Part shown: positions 24,037 through 36,341 of the stretch, one piece after another | Layout of the letters: the number at the start of each line of letters is the position of its first letter | How positions within the stretch are numbered: the stretch's first letter is position 1 | The notes under the pieces: model-generated | Seen by the model: the letters and a program-made list of their open reading frames with translations, nothing else | What the model was told of the DNA's origin: nothing | The model's database searches: none | DNA from: Octopus sinensis | Taxonomy: Eukaryota | Length of the DNA: 40,254 nt | Assembly (NCBI RefSeq): GCF_006345805.1 | Contig: NW_021835426.1 | Coordinates: 1 to 40,254 of the forward strand | Direction: 5' to 3' | Translations under genes and position numbers: made by a program

Positions 24037-26016
24037 GACGGATTTTTCTCAGAAAAATATACCTATCCCTGCACGGAAACAATATATCAAACGTCTTATA
24101 GAGAAAACGGAAGAGTTTATTAGAAGACTGAGATGGAAAGCCTTCTTCTTTGATAATAAACAGAAAATAGAAGGTAACAAATATGGATTTAAATCTCCCA
24201 GAAACCCGCCACCGATTCCGGAATTAGAAGCCTTCGAGAAAGACCTTTTCGAGCTTATGGAAATTAAATTCCGCAAATATACCAACCAATTGCAAAAAAA
24301 CATGAGAGAAAAAATTAAGGAGATTAACGACTCGAATAAGATCTTCGTTAATTCTGACAAGACAAGGAACTTATATGCACTTGATAAGGACGTTTATAAA
24401 CGCCTGATTTCGAATAGTGTCACGGACACATACAAAAAAGACAACACGAATATATACAAAGAGGTGAACTTAGAAGCAAGAGGAATAGCTAACGATCTTA
24501 AGATTAGCGATAGGATTGAATACCTTTCACCACGACCAGCTTTTATTACTCTGAAAGATCATAAAGACAATTTTAGTAGAAACCCCAAATGTAGATTGAT
24601 AAATCCGGCTAAAACTGAGATAGGAATTATTAGCAAAAATATTTTGGACCGTATTTTAGTTAAGTTAGATAGTGAAGTAGACTTGAGAATTTGGAAGAAT
24701 AGTAAGTCAGTTATAGAGTGGTTTAAAGGTATTAGCTATAAGAATAATTGTAGTTTCACACAATTCGACATTATTGACTTTTACCCGTCGATATCTAGGA
24801 CGTTGCTCCTAAGAAGACTGAGGATTCTCTTTTCGATGTACCGATGGGGGCATACGACGGGGCTGAATTATGTATGCTCATAGGAGCCTTTATTCTCCAT
24901 AATCTAAAAATAGAATTCCCATTTATAGATGCAGGTCTATATAGGGATGACGGCCTTATAGCCACGCATAATCTAAACGGCCATGAATCAGATAGACTTA
25001 GGAAGGACCTATAGCTTTCTTTCAAAGGATGGGCTTACGGATTACGATAGATGCTAACCTGAATAGTGTAGATTTTTTAGACGTAAATTTTAATGTAAGA
25101 TCGGATAGATTTAAGCCTTTCCGTAAGCCCAATGAAAAGCTATCGTATATTAGCAAAGATTCGAACCATCCACCAGTTATCCTTAGCAACTTAGTCAGCA
25201 ATGTAGGTAGAAGATATATCTTCAATTTCTTCGGTCGAGGCAGCATTCCATAATGCTGCACCTTATTACGATAGCGCATTAAAGAATAGTGGATTCTCGG
25301 AGAAGATCCAGTTCAACCAGCTTAATGCTAATAATAATGCTGCACGAGAACTAGGACCAGGAAGTTTTTGTGGTTCAACCGGCTTTCAATTGGCCGAAAG
25401 ACTAATATAGGTAAGGAATTTTTGAGATTAGTCTCTAAGCATTTTAAGCAGGGTCATAAATTCTACAGAATATTTAATAGAAGAACCCTGAAGGTAGCTA
25501 TTCTTGTTGCAGAAATTTCGCCTCTTACATTAGCCAACATAATAGGAAGCTAATTGAGATTAGACATGGTGCCGAGCCCATTAAGAAATGTAATTTCAAA
25601 AACGAAAGCTCCTGTCCGTTTAGAAGGGAAATGTCTAGTGAAAGGAGTAGTTTATAGAGCCAAGGTGCAAGTGGAAGGCTCATCGGAATACAAGACATAC
25701 ACAGGGGCTTCAGAAAATTCATTTAAAACAAGATTTTATTCTCATAAGATTCTTTTAAATACCCAGAGAATAGGAAGAAAACCAGCCTAGCAAATATGTC
25801 TGGGAACTTAAAGAAAAGGAAGCCCCACCTTTCAACGTGACATGGAGCATTCTGGACAGGGCGGCACCATACAGGCATGGAGCTTACAAATATAATTTCA
25901 AGTGCAGGCTTTGCTTATTAGAAAAATGCACATCTTATTCAAAGACAATAATTCTTTGAATCAAGAGAAGTGAGTTAATGAACTTATGTAGGCACGCGGC
26001 TAAATTTAAAATGTGA
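24020..26016 (+). pseudogene. PLE polyprotein (reverse transcriptase + C-terminal GIY-YIG endonuclease), broken by about ten 1-bp indels and one larger deletion
   Basis: Hand translation across frames: KNIPIP..RLRWKAFF..GFKS..DKT..FDIIDFYPSI / FDVPMGAYDGAELC..GLYRDDGL / DFLDVNF..NHPP / WFN..KTNIGKEFL / YSC..CNFKN..CP/LEGKCL..VVYRAKV..YTG..FKTRF..H / W..L..CRLCLLEK..CRHAAKFKM*. The YRDD catalytic motif is intact, and TGA is at 26014-26016. Confidence 0.92.
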
Positions 26017-27075
26017 ATATAAATATACCATATGGATAGAGTATATATTTTGTATTTTGATTTTTGATTTTTGATTTTGACTCTTGAGCGCTACGACGGA
26101 TCTATAGCAAAGTCTTATTGTTTCTACATATATTTAGGAAAACCTACAAACTTTGTTTTCATGTTATTGTATTGCATAGGATTACCTTGATTATTTATAT
26201 TACCTTGATTATTTATAAATGACCCAAAATTAATGCACCCATTTTTTAAAAGCAATGTTTTTTTTAAAAAAAGCAATGTTGTCAAAATTAGATGTTTATA
26301 TAAGTATGTGTATAGCAAAGCATATGTATTTGTAAGCATGCGTATCTGTGTATGTGTAAGTGAAAGTATGCTTGTGCTTAAGCACGCATACACACGACGG
26401 TATGTATATGTATCAATTCAAACTTGTGTATGTATACTGGCCCCATATATGCCAATACATCGCTACAAGTTTTTTCCCCACCCCTCCTTCGTTCCTTTTT
26501 CTCTCTTTCCCTTTCTTTCGTTCCCCCTCCTTGCTCAGTATATGAGAATTGCTACATAGATGAATTTTAGGCTTGCGTGCGAGACGGTTGCGTGAATATA
26601 TGTACACATGCTTTTATGTGTATAATTTAGATTCATATTCATACGTCTGTATATGTATGTATGGCGTTTACGCGCATCCTTTTGTGTATGTTGATATATA
26701 TATGTGGATTTTAATATAAATATGTATTGCAGTATTTATAACAGGTTTAATTTTCTAGCATTAATTTGTACTGTCTTCATTAACGGCAATAGGTTTTTTC
26801 CTCGATTTTTTCCTCGATTTATAATTTTTATAATTTTTATAAGTTTTTTTATATATATATACATATATTTTTGACCTTTTTGTTTATCGCTCGAAGATTG
26901 ACCGTTTTTCTAAAGGGCCAATCAAACAAGTCCATTTCTTTTTAAAGGTGTAGCGTTTGTAAGGTATAGATTGAATTAATATATAAGTTCCATTCTAGCA
27001 AGAACTGTCTGATGAACGGCAACGAGAAACTCAGAGTAACAGATTTTGTTGAATTTTCTGCTGCTTAAAATAAAG
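26015..27075 (+). repeat. Right arm (PLE 3' UTR/pLTR)
   Basis: Starts within the ORF stop codon and ends ~33 nt after the hammerhead, at a (TA)n tract. Confidence 0.92.
27005..27042 (+). ncRNA. Minimal type I hammerhead ribozyme
   Basis: CTGT-CTGATGA-ACG GCAA CGA-GAAA-CTC A GAG-TA-ACAG. Stem I is CTGT/ACAG, the core is canonical, stem II has a GNRA loop, stem III is palindromic, and the predicted GUA cleavage is after 27038. The first stem II pair is an A.A mismatch. Confidence 0.8.
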
Positions 27076-28504
27076 TATATATATATATATATATACATAT
27101 ATTGATATATATATATACATATATATATATCGGTATTCTTATATTTATATGTACACATACACATATACTTGCATATATGCATATATGCATACATTGATAC
27201 ATACATACGTACATACATATATATATATATATACCTACGTACATATATATACACATTACGTACATATATATATATACACATATATATATACATATTTATA
27301 TAATACATTGTCACACATATATTCTATTCGCCACAGCTCTTCTATCACCATCGATACCCATGTCTAGACATCTCGACTACAATTCTTAGGTATACCTCCA
27401 CCGACCCTAAATCAGAGACTATCCTCAAACACTTTCCCAAACGACTTCCACTTCCACACATTCTAACTACAACACCATCCTCAACTACGGCACAAACACG
27501 AGCACTAGCGCAATCAACAATGGTAGAAATAATATCAACATCACTCACATCTTCACAGCATCCTCTTCACCAACAGCAACAGCATCATCTTCACCAACTC
27601 CAACACACCTATCATTATTGCCAACAACAACAACGGCCTTTTTTTACAGTAACAATGTCAGTGCAACGTGACCATGAAGGATTGCTACACCCGTTTCAAA
27701 ACGAACAACAATAACTATCATCATCATTTTCATCATCGTCGTCGTCGTCGTTCTCATCGTCATGGTCATCGTCATCATCATCAGCACCACTACTGCCAAC
27801 AGTAGTGGTGTAACATCCTTAACACCACTGTCACCACCATAATCACCATCACCACCACCATAATCACCACACCACCACTATCACCACCATCACCACCACC
27901 AACACCATCATTACCCTCACCACCACAACCATCACCATTATCACAAGCGCCACTACAACCACCACCACTATTATCACCATCTCGACCAACCACCACCACC
28001 GCCTCCATCACCATCATCTCCACCACCACCATCGCCTCCACCACTGCCGCCGCCGCCACCGCCACCACCACCACTATCAACAATATGATATATATATATA
28101 TATCTCTGGCACCACTTACAACACCATCAACAAGAGTAACCTCACAACAAACCACTTAAACCTTTGTCATTGCTGCAGGTCAACTACACAGACTTTATTC
28201 GGTCTTTGAATTTGCTGGAGAGTGCAGCCAAATACATCTGAAATCTAACGAAGACATCATCTTAAGTAAAGAACACATTGATAATATAATACCTGCTAAC
28301 TTATACTTTTCTCCCATTTGCTTGTTAGAGTCATGAAACTGCGGCCATACTGGAGCACCATCTCGAAGATTTTAACTGTTTAAATCGATCTCAGTTTGCT
28401 TATTGAAATGCTGCTATTTATTCGGTCGAAGCCTTTTGGACGAGTTCATCCAGGCCGATTGATTTTTAGGGTATCAACGGTTCGATCCGATCCTTAGAAA
28501 TGAA

Positions 28505-28714
28505 ATGAGGGGCTACACACAGAGGGGACAACCAAAGACAAAGGGATTAAGTCGATTATATCGACCTCAGTGCGTAACTGGTACTTATTTAATCGACCCC
28601 GAAAGAATGAAAGGCAAGGTCGACCTCGGCGGAATTTGAACTCAGAACGCAGCGGCAGACGAAATACCGCTAAGCATTTCGCCCGGCGTGTTAATGTTTC
28701 TGCCAGCTCGCCGC
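28505..28714 (-). mobile_element. SINE family B monomer
   Basis: Complete head (..TGCCAGCTCGCCGC) and centre, reverse complement. Confidence 0.85.
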
Positions 28715-29337
28715 AAGAAAGGCATAGGATTGCTGTGTCACAGAAATATATCGTAGAACAGTTTCGTGAGACCAAGCCACTAGGTAGGTTGCCTATTGTC
28801 AAACCGAGAACCAAATGGTTGGATAACTTCTATAGTCTCACTTGGTCACTATAGAACACTATAGAACACTATAGAAGAGATGCATGGGGACTCTACCATT
28901 ACAATCCTCACAGGAGTAGTAGATAGAGAAAATGGATGGATGAACTATTTAAGTGTTTGGGGAATATTCGGCCACTTGCACTATAGAACAAAATGTATTT
29001 TAATTCAAACGGACTGACTCACCATGCATTATTTCAAGTTAATCCTGATTCTGTTTGAGAGTAACGTTAATTGATCAAGTAGCCGTGGTATAGTTAACCA
29101 TTTAGCGTATAATACAAGTTGACGTGTTATATTAAACTGGAAACCCGACCTTGTCCATTTTCTCTGTCCTTGTGATTCTGTTAAAAATTTACATTTAGAG
29201 GAAAAGCGCCCAGGGAAGATTCACGCTAATTAGAAGGCATGTAGCTCCCTTTAGCCAAACAATACGAGTGGTTGATTGGGTAACGAGTCTACGTTGCTCA
29301 TCGACGAGGATTTTGTAGTTCGATCAATAGAAATGGC

Positions 29338-29421
29338 AGATATATGCGCCTCAGCGTAATTTTTAAGATATATGCGCCTCAGCGTAATTTTTAAGATATA
29401 TGCGCCTCAGCGTAATTTTTA
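29338..29421. repeat. Perfect 28-bp x3 tandem repeat
   Basis: AGATATATGCGCCTCAGCGTAATTTTTA at 29338, 29366 and 29394. Confidence 0.95.
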
Positions 29422-30069
29422 AGCAGAAACAGCTTGAAACAGTGTGACAAGAGTGGACAAGCCGTACAGAAATATACCTCCTTGATTCAGTCTGCTCACC
29501 CAATTTCATTCACAAGAAACAGTTCCAGTAGGGAATGAAGAAACTGATGTTTGCCAAAGATGCGAAGCAATGGGATCGAAGCCGACAGATCTACTTTGCT
29601 AAGCGATTTTCTTAACCATTCGGTCAATCGTCGTTTAGATAAAACTACAACTGGGAAAATTCATCGTCGATAAAGACGGAAAGCCGCTTGCTCATTTTAT
29701 GTATGCATGAATCTATGTTCATATGAAAATCGGCTGCACTTTTGTTAACCTTATATAACAAAAGACGAAATCGCTACGTCAATAATAAGAAAAACCTCGA
29801 AGCGGAACGGCGAGCGATGTCTTAGCTGATCTGTTTGCTCCGGCTTACGTTGATAGATATGTGTATGTCCGTGTATCAGTGTACGTATGTATATACATAT
29901 ATATGTATATGGCTGTGTGTACGTGCATACAGGTGTATGTGAGTGTGTGTGTGAGTACGTATATGTATGCATTCCTGATGGTGGAGTGCATTAATTTAGG
30001 CTGGTAATCTTATAACAGTTCTTATAATGTGTTATGTGTATCTGGACGTGTCGATCTGTCTATATATAC

Positions 30070-30107
<38 letters not shown>

Positions 30108-30259
30108 CTATATATATATATATATATATATATGTGCGTGTGTGTGTGTGTAAATACATTTATATATATATATACATATACATATATATACATATATACA
30201 TATATATATATATACATATATGTATATGTACATATATATATATACATATATGTATATGT

Positions 30260-30324
<65 letters not shown>

Positions 30325-30945
30325 TATACATGCATATGTGTGTGTGCTTACCTATGTGTTTGTTTGTAAGCGTATGTAGGTTTTTGAAACTGTCCGAGTA
30401 GTGTATATGCGTATTCATGTTTGTGAGTGTACGCTTAATCAGGACGGATATGTAGCAAATAGGTACGAAATCACCAATAAGTATGCGTGCGCTCGACGTG
30501 TTAATCTGTGTGTATAAGTGCGTGCATTTATGTATACGCATATATACATGCATATATATACACACACAGATATATACACACACACATACATGCCTATATA
30601 CATATATTTAAATATATATATGTTTGTATGTATATTTATATATACATATATATATATATATTATATATCTATTCACACACATACACTCTCTCACTCATAC
30701 ATACATATATATGTCTGCATGTATATATATATATATATGTACATATTATATTATATATCTATTCACACACACACACACACTCACACACACACACTACCTC
30801 ACTCACTCACACACATATATGATTGTGTATTCGCATATTCAGATGAGTACAGTTACGTGTACAGGTATGTGTGTTTCGTGTTTGTTCGCGAACGCCTATT
30901 CAAGTTAGAAATTTAAACTACTTATTATACAGGCAGAATAAATGC

Positions 30946-30995
<50 letters not shown>

Positions 30996-31334
30996 TTGTG
31001 TATGTGTGTGTGTAATAAGTGTCTTCAGGTTAGTGGCAAAATTTGTTATGTAGTAACAATGGTTATAGTGATACGATAACGAATAACAGAGTAACACTAA
31101 TGTGATTAATAATACACGTAGTCCCTGGTGTTCTTGGCTTCCTGTATCTGCCATAAGGACGATAAAAAGTAGAACATTACTGATACTACCAAGACAAAAG
31201 AAATTCTACCTCGCGACAAGGAAATACGGAGAATTTTTGCATCAGAATTTGTTTTCTATATATCAAGTATCCTAAAAAAAATGTTCGGCCAAATTATGCA
31301 TTATAGGAAAAGCGACTACAATCAATGGATTATA

Positions 31335-31775
31335 TATTACTGAAATATTTAAATGTTCTTTTATATTTGTGAGAACATTTGAATGTGAAATTACTTTTAA
31401 AATTCAATAATATTTATTTAGAAGTAATTATATAACATATTTCCCTCAGTGAAATCTATTATATATTTAAAATTACCACTATAGTACAATGGTGCGTAAC
31501 TGATTATGAACCACTGTAAATTATAGTTAATATTCCTGTCTTTCAACTCCAAAGTGTATTTACTAAGATTCATTGAATTACATTTCTTTCTATACTTAAA
31601 TGAATAAGAATGATTATGTAATCTAGATTTCCAAATATTAGCAGAATAACCTATGTAATAATACGTTCGATCCGCTGTTATGGCTTTATATTGATGCACT
31701 ATATTCTTCCTTAAACATCGATGTTCTGAAGAATAGCTAATTTTATTTTTGAAATTACACTTGTACTTAGCATTG
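31335..31775 (-). mobile_element. GIY-YIG endonuclease remnant of a second, diverged PLE family
   Basis: KCNFKN..RCL..YYIG..WKSRLHNHSYSFKY..LSKY..ELK..W.II..AP.Y..CSHKYK aligns motif by motif with the C-terminus of the 24020-26016 ORF. Confidence 0.8.
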
Positions 31776-32565
31776 ATGGTTGAAAGAATTTATACTAATC
31801 TTCCTCTCAGAAGTAGATGTCAGGATTATTAGCAGTATTATAATAGATATTATTATTAGTCTTATCTTAACGGTATCATCAATTTCACCGTCGGAATTAC
31901 TTTTACATAAAGCATCAAACTTTAGTTCAAGAAAATTATCACTAGAGTTAATTCCACAATCCACACGATTTGTTCTACTCGAGTTTACTAATTCTGAGTT
32001 GAGATACTGCTTAATTTATCTATCGTTTATATTTATGTATATATGTATTTATGTGTGTGTGTATGTATATATTGATATATGTTTATCGCAGCGTTAAAAT
32101 GGCGATAAAACTACCTCTTGGTTCGTAAACTGCTTCTATCTCGAACAGAGATGTTCTAACGGACTAGTTTCCCAGTTATGTGACACTATACATTCTATAC
32201 ACTGCAAGTGAATTTAGACTTATGCCGTGCCTGGAAAACGAGTGACTACCACTGAAGTGTTCCAATGAGATCGAAATGACCTGATTTGGTTGTCTCTGAG
32301 CTAGAGTTGCAACCTCCCGCTTGCAATGAATATCATGAAGGAAAGTGCACTGAATAACCAGCAGGAGGAAATGCATTCCTATGGATAAAACAGCAACATT
32401 GTTATCTCATAGAGAACAGCCATGTTGAATTGGCGATATACACTACTGTATTTATATATGCGTGTGTTTGCATGGTATGTATATATTTATGTGTACCTAC
32501 ATAATTGTGTAGCTATAAATATATATATTATGTATATATATATTATGTATGTATATATAATGTAT

Positions 32566-32601
<36 letters not shown>

Positions 32602-32794
32602 GATATATATATATACATATATATACATATATAGCTATATATATCATATATACATATATATATATATATACATATATATGCATATATATTATTATATATA
32701 CATAATATATATATATATATATTATATATATACATATATATAATATTACATCATACATACATACATACATACATACATATAAACATACATACAT

Positions 32795-32836
<42 letters not shown>

Positions 32837-33685
32837 ATAATATGGATTTGTACTGATAATAACAAGAACAACGACACCAATAAATATATCAGCTACAATG
32901 TCCTCGCCAAGAATTGAGGTGTCAATTTGTGGGAAGAATTTGCGATCTCCCATAAGATCATAAATCTCTTACTTTAACGAACAAGCAACGAATGACTAAA
33001 GTTACCTCTCTTGTTTTAGGAATATCATAAACGGAATGTCTACACATCCATATATTCCACATACGGATTCTGCTGCTGAAAAATATATTCAAAAGTTGGA
33101 CGACGCAACATCACCGTAACCCGGATCTTGTTAGTCAAATAGTTTTTCTTTTTCTGCAAAGTATATTCATGTCGGAACTCACCTAAAATGTATATACTGA
33201 CAACTGCTTCTTTACATGTTCCCTTTTCTATCTCTCATTTTCCCTTAATTCATAAGCGTCAGACTGGTATTACTTGCACGTGTACTAATATATTTTCGTT
33301 TAAATCATAATAGGAAAAATTATTATTAAATTATAATACGAAAATATTTATTTTGAGAATATATATATATATTAAGTATATCTATCTAGCTACATATCAA
33401 TCTACGTGTATTTATGTGTGTGTATGTATATGAATATGGATATCAATGTATGTATCTGTCTATGTATTTTACCCCCACCTCTCTCTCTCTCTCTATATAT
33501 AGATATATATATATATATATATATACGTATATATACATATATATATACATATACATACATACATAAATATATTTATATATATTATATATATATATATATA
33601 TATACGTATATATATATATATTATATATATATACGTAATATATATATATATATATAAACATAAATATATACACACACATAAATAC

Positions 33686-33732
<47 letters not shown>

Positions 33733-34677
33733 TATATATACGTATATATATATATTTATAATGTATATATTATATATATATAATATATATATAATATATA
33801 TATATATATGCATAAACATATACACACACCATATATATACATATGCATATATATACAAACATATATATACATTCATAAATAAATAAATATACATACACAC
33901 AAACACACACAGACACACACACACAAACACACATACATATATAATTTTCCACCATGAAATATTTTTTCTCTAAAATACACAACAATACAACCACTCCCTC
34001 ACATTGCCTATCATTTTAAATAATAAGCAAATAGAAGATTATAATTCAAGCTATATTTCTTATCTTATTATATTTGTGTAGATATTTGCTCTTCCAATAA
34101 CATTTCATATTTATATCTACGTTCATTTCAAGTGCACTTTTTCTAAATAAAAAAAAATAAGGACGATCTCTATAAGTGTACAAATTAATAAAGGGCAATT
34201 TATAATTTATTGAAAATCACGAATAAAAAGTAGAAAAAATTTCCCATGTTATTTTACGTTTATTTGATGTCGTTTTAGCTATATTGTACCTTTGTTCTCC
34301 AGATTCTTTTCTTTGTTTTTTTTTTATTATTTTATTTTATTTATTTTATTTGAAAAATTTCTTAATATTTTCTTTGATAAGAAACGAAAACATTTATGAT
34401 ACATTATTTACAAGTCGTCGATTTTGAGGAAAAAAATACCGAGTTAAGTAATTTCAAATTTCTTATAAGTACACAAATTTAAGTGAATAGATATCTCTCT
34501 TCCTCTTTCTCTCTCTCTATACATATATATATGTGTGTGTGTATGTGTGTGTGTGTGTGTGTATAAACGCATACACATTATAATCTTCAATGAGTTTGAT
34601 TTAGTCACGGGGTACTGCGTTAAATTTTGCTATAAAGAACATATATATTTATTATGTACATATAATATATAGTATAC

Positions 34678-34820
34678 TTCGGCATAAGAGACCGATAGAA
34701 TAAGTACTGGGCTTACAAAGAATAAATCCCGGGGTCGATCTCCTCGACTAAAGGCGGTGCTCCAGCATGGCCGCAGTCAAATGACTGAAACAAGTAAAAG
34801 AAAAGAAAGAAAGAAAGAAA
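34678..34820 (+). mobile_element. SINE family A, 3' end
   Basis: GAGACCGATAGAATAAGTACT..CCAGCATGGCCGCAGTCAAATGACTGAAACAAG + (AAAG)n. Confidence 0.85.
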
Positions 34821-34882
34821 TGTATATATAAGCGTGTAAATGTACTGTAAATACATATAACTATCTATATGCTGATCTATAC

Positions 34883-34941
<59 letters not shown>

Positions 34942-35084
34942 TATGTATGTACATATATACACATATATATATATATATGCATGTTTATATAAGTATATAT
35001 ATATATATATACACTTATGTACATATATACATATACGTGGTCACACATTCACTTATGTATATGTATGTTTCCAAATTTTGGCGC

Positions 35085-35270
35085 GTGGCCAGCAAGGTCT
35101 GAGAAGATTAAATCGACCCTAGTATTCAAATGGTACTTATTTCATCGATACAGACAAAAAATTAAATGCAAAGACAACCTATGCGTAATTTGAACTCCAA
35201 ACGTAAACCGAAACAAATTGTCAGTAAGTATTTTGCCGGCGAGTTCTAAAATTTCTGCCAGTTCGCCGCT
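35085..35270 (-). mobile_element. Degenerate SINE family B
   Basis: AATCGACCCTAGT..TGGTACTTATTT..AATTTGAACTC..CTGCCAGTTCGCCGC. Confidence 0.65.
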
Positions 35271-35805
35271 ATTATATCAAACAATTAATAGATTTATTAA
35301 CTAGTTTATTAATTAATATCAAGTAAACAGAAAGCCTCTTATCAGTTAATTCGCTTTTTGTTACTGGAGTACACTATAATTTCTTCAGTACAATATAAAT
35401 GAAGTGTTCTGTTATTTGTTGATTAATATTTTAGTTGGGATTCGGTTCCGAATCCCTGGAAACGTCGTCAGACAGCACAGCCGAACCACAATTGCTTCAC
35501 GTGATCTGTCTATAAAACAACCAAGCAGCGTCAAGCCTTTGTATGTTTCATCTTCTAGAATCTTCTTCTCCTCTATGAAACCCAGCTTGGGGATAATTCA
35601 TTGCAGCATGTTCAGGCAGCTGACTAATATGTGCAGCTATACCACAGAAACCATTCAGCCATCTTTATTGCACGCACGTATGTGTGTGTATGTATGTCTC
35701 TATCTATCTATCTCTCTCTCTCTCTGTATACACACACACACGCACAAAAACACACACACACACATATATATATATACAAATATATATGTATATATATAAT
35801 ATATA

Positions 35806-36056
35806 CTTTTACTGTTTTACTTGTTTCTGTCATTTGACTTTGGCCATGCTGGAGCACCGCCTTTAGTCGAGCAATTCGATCGCAGGACTTATTCTTTGGA
35901 AGCCTAGTACTGATTCTGTCGGTACTTTTTGCCGAACTGCTAAGTTACGTATACGTAAACACACCACCGTCGGTTGTCAAGCGATGTTGGAGGGACAAAC
36001 ACAGACGTACAAACACACACACACACACACAACACACACACACACACAAACATATC

Positions 36057-36109
<53 letters not shown>

Positions 36110-36274
36110 TAGACGGGCTTCTTTTGGTTCCGTCTACAAAATCCACACACAAGGCTTTGGTGAGCCCGAATCTTTAGTAGACTACACTTGTCCAAGGTGC
36201 AACGTAGTGGGAATGTCCCCGGAATCACGTGGTTGGTAGGCAATCTTCTTAACAACACAGCCACTCCTACGCCT
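35806..36274 (-). mobile_element. SINE family A, full length
   Basis: Same head, body and tail as 20995-21416. Confidence 0.85.
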
Positions 36275-36307
36275 TATTTATGTATGTATATACACACACA
36301 CCCACAT

Positions 36308-36341
<34 letters not shown>

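Larger units (their letters stand above)
22861..27075 (+). mobile_element. Penelope-like retroelement (PLE): inverted pLTR - RT/GIY-YIG ORF - pLTR, inserted in (TA)n
   Basis: RT and GIY-YIG motifs at 24020-26016. 22931-24036 is the reverse complement of 26015-27075. Each arm has a hammerhead motif, and (TA)n flanks both sides. Confidence 0.9.

Noticed and set aside
32990-33120. Plus-strand acceptor-like CTCTCTTGTTTTAG followed by a short open frame
   Set aside because: Weak donor, stop after about 33 codons, and no recognisable product.
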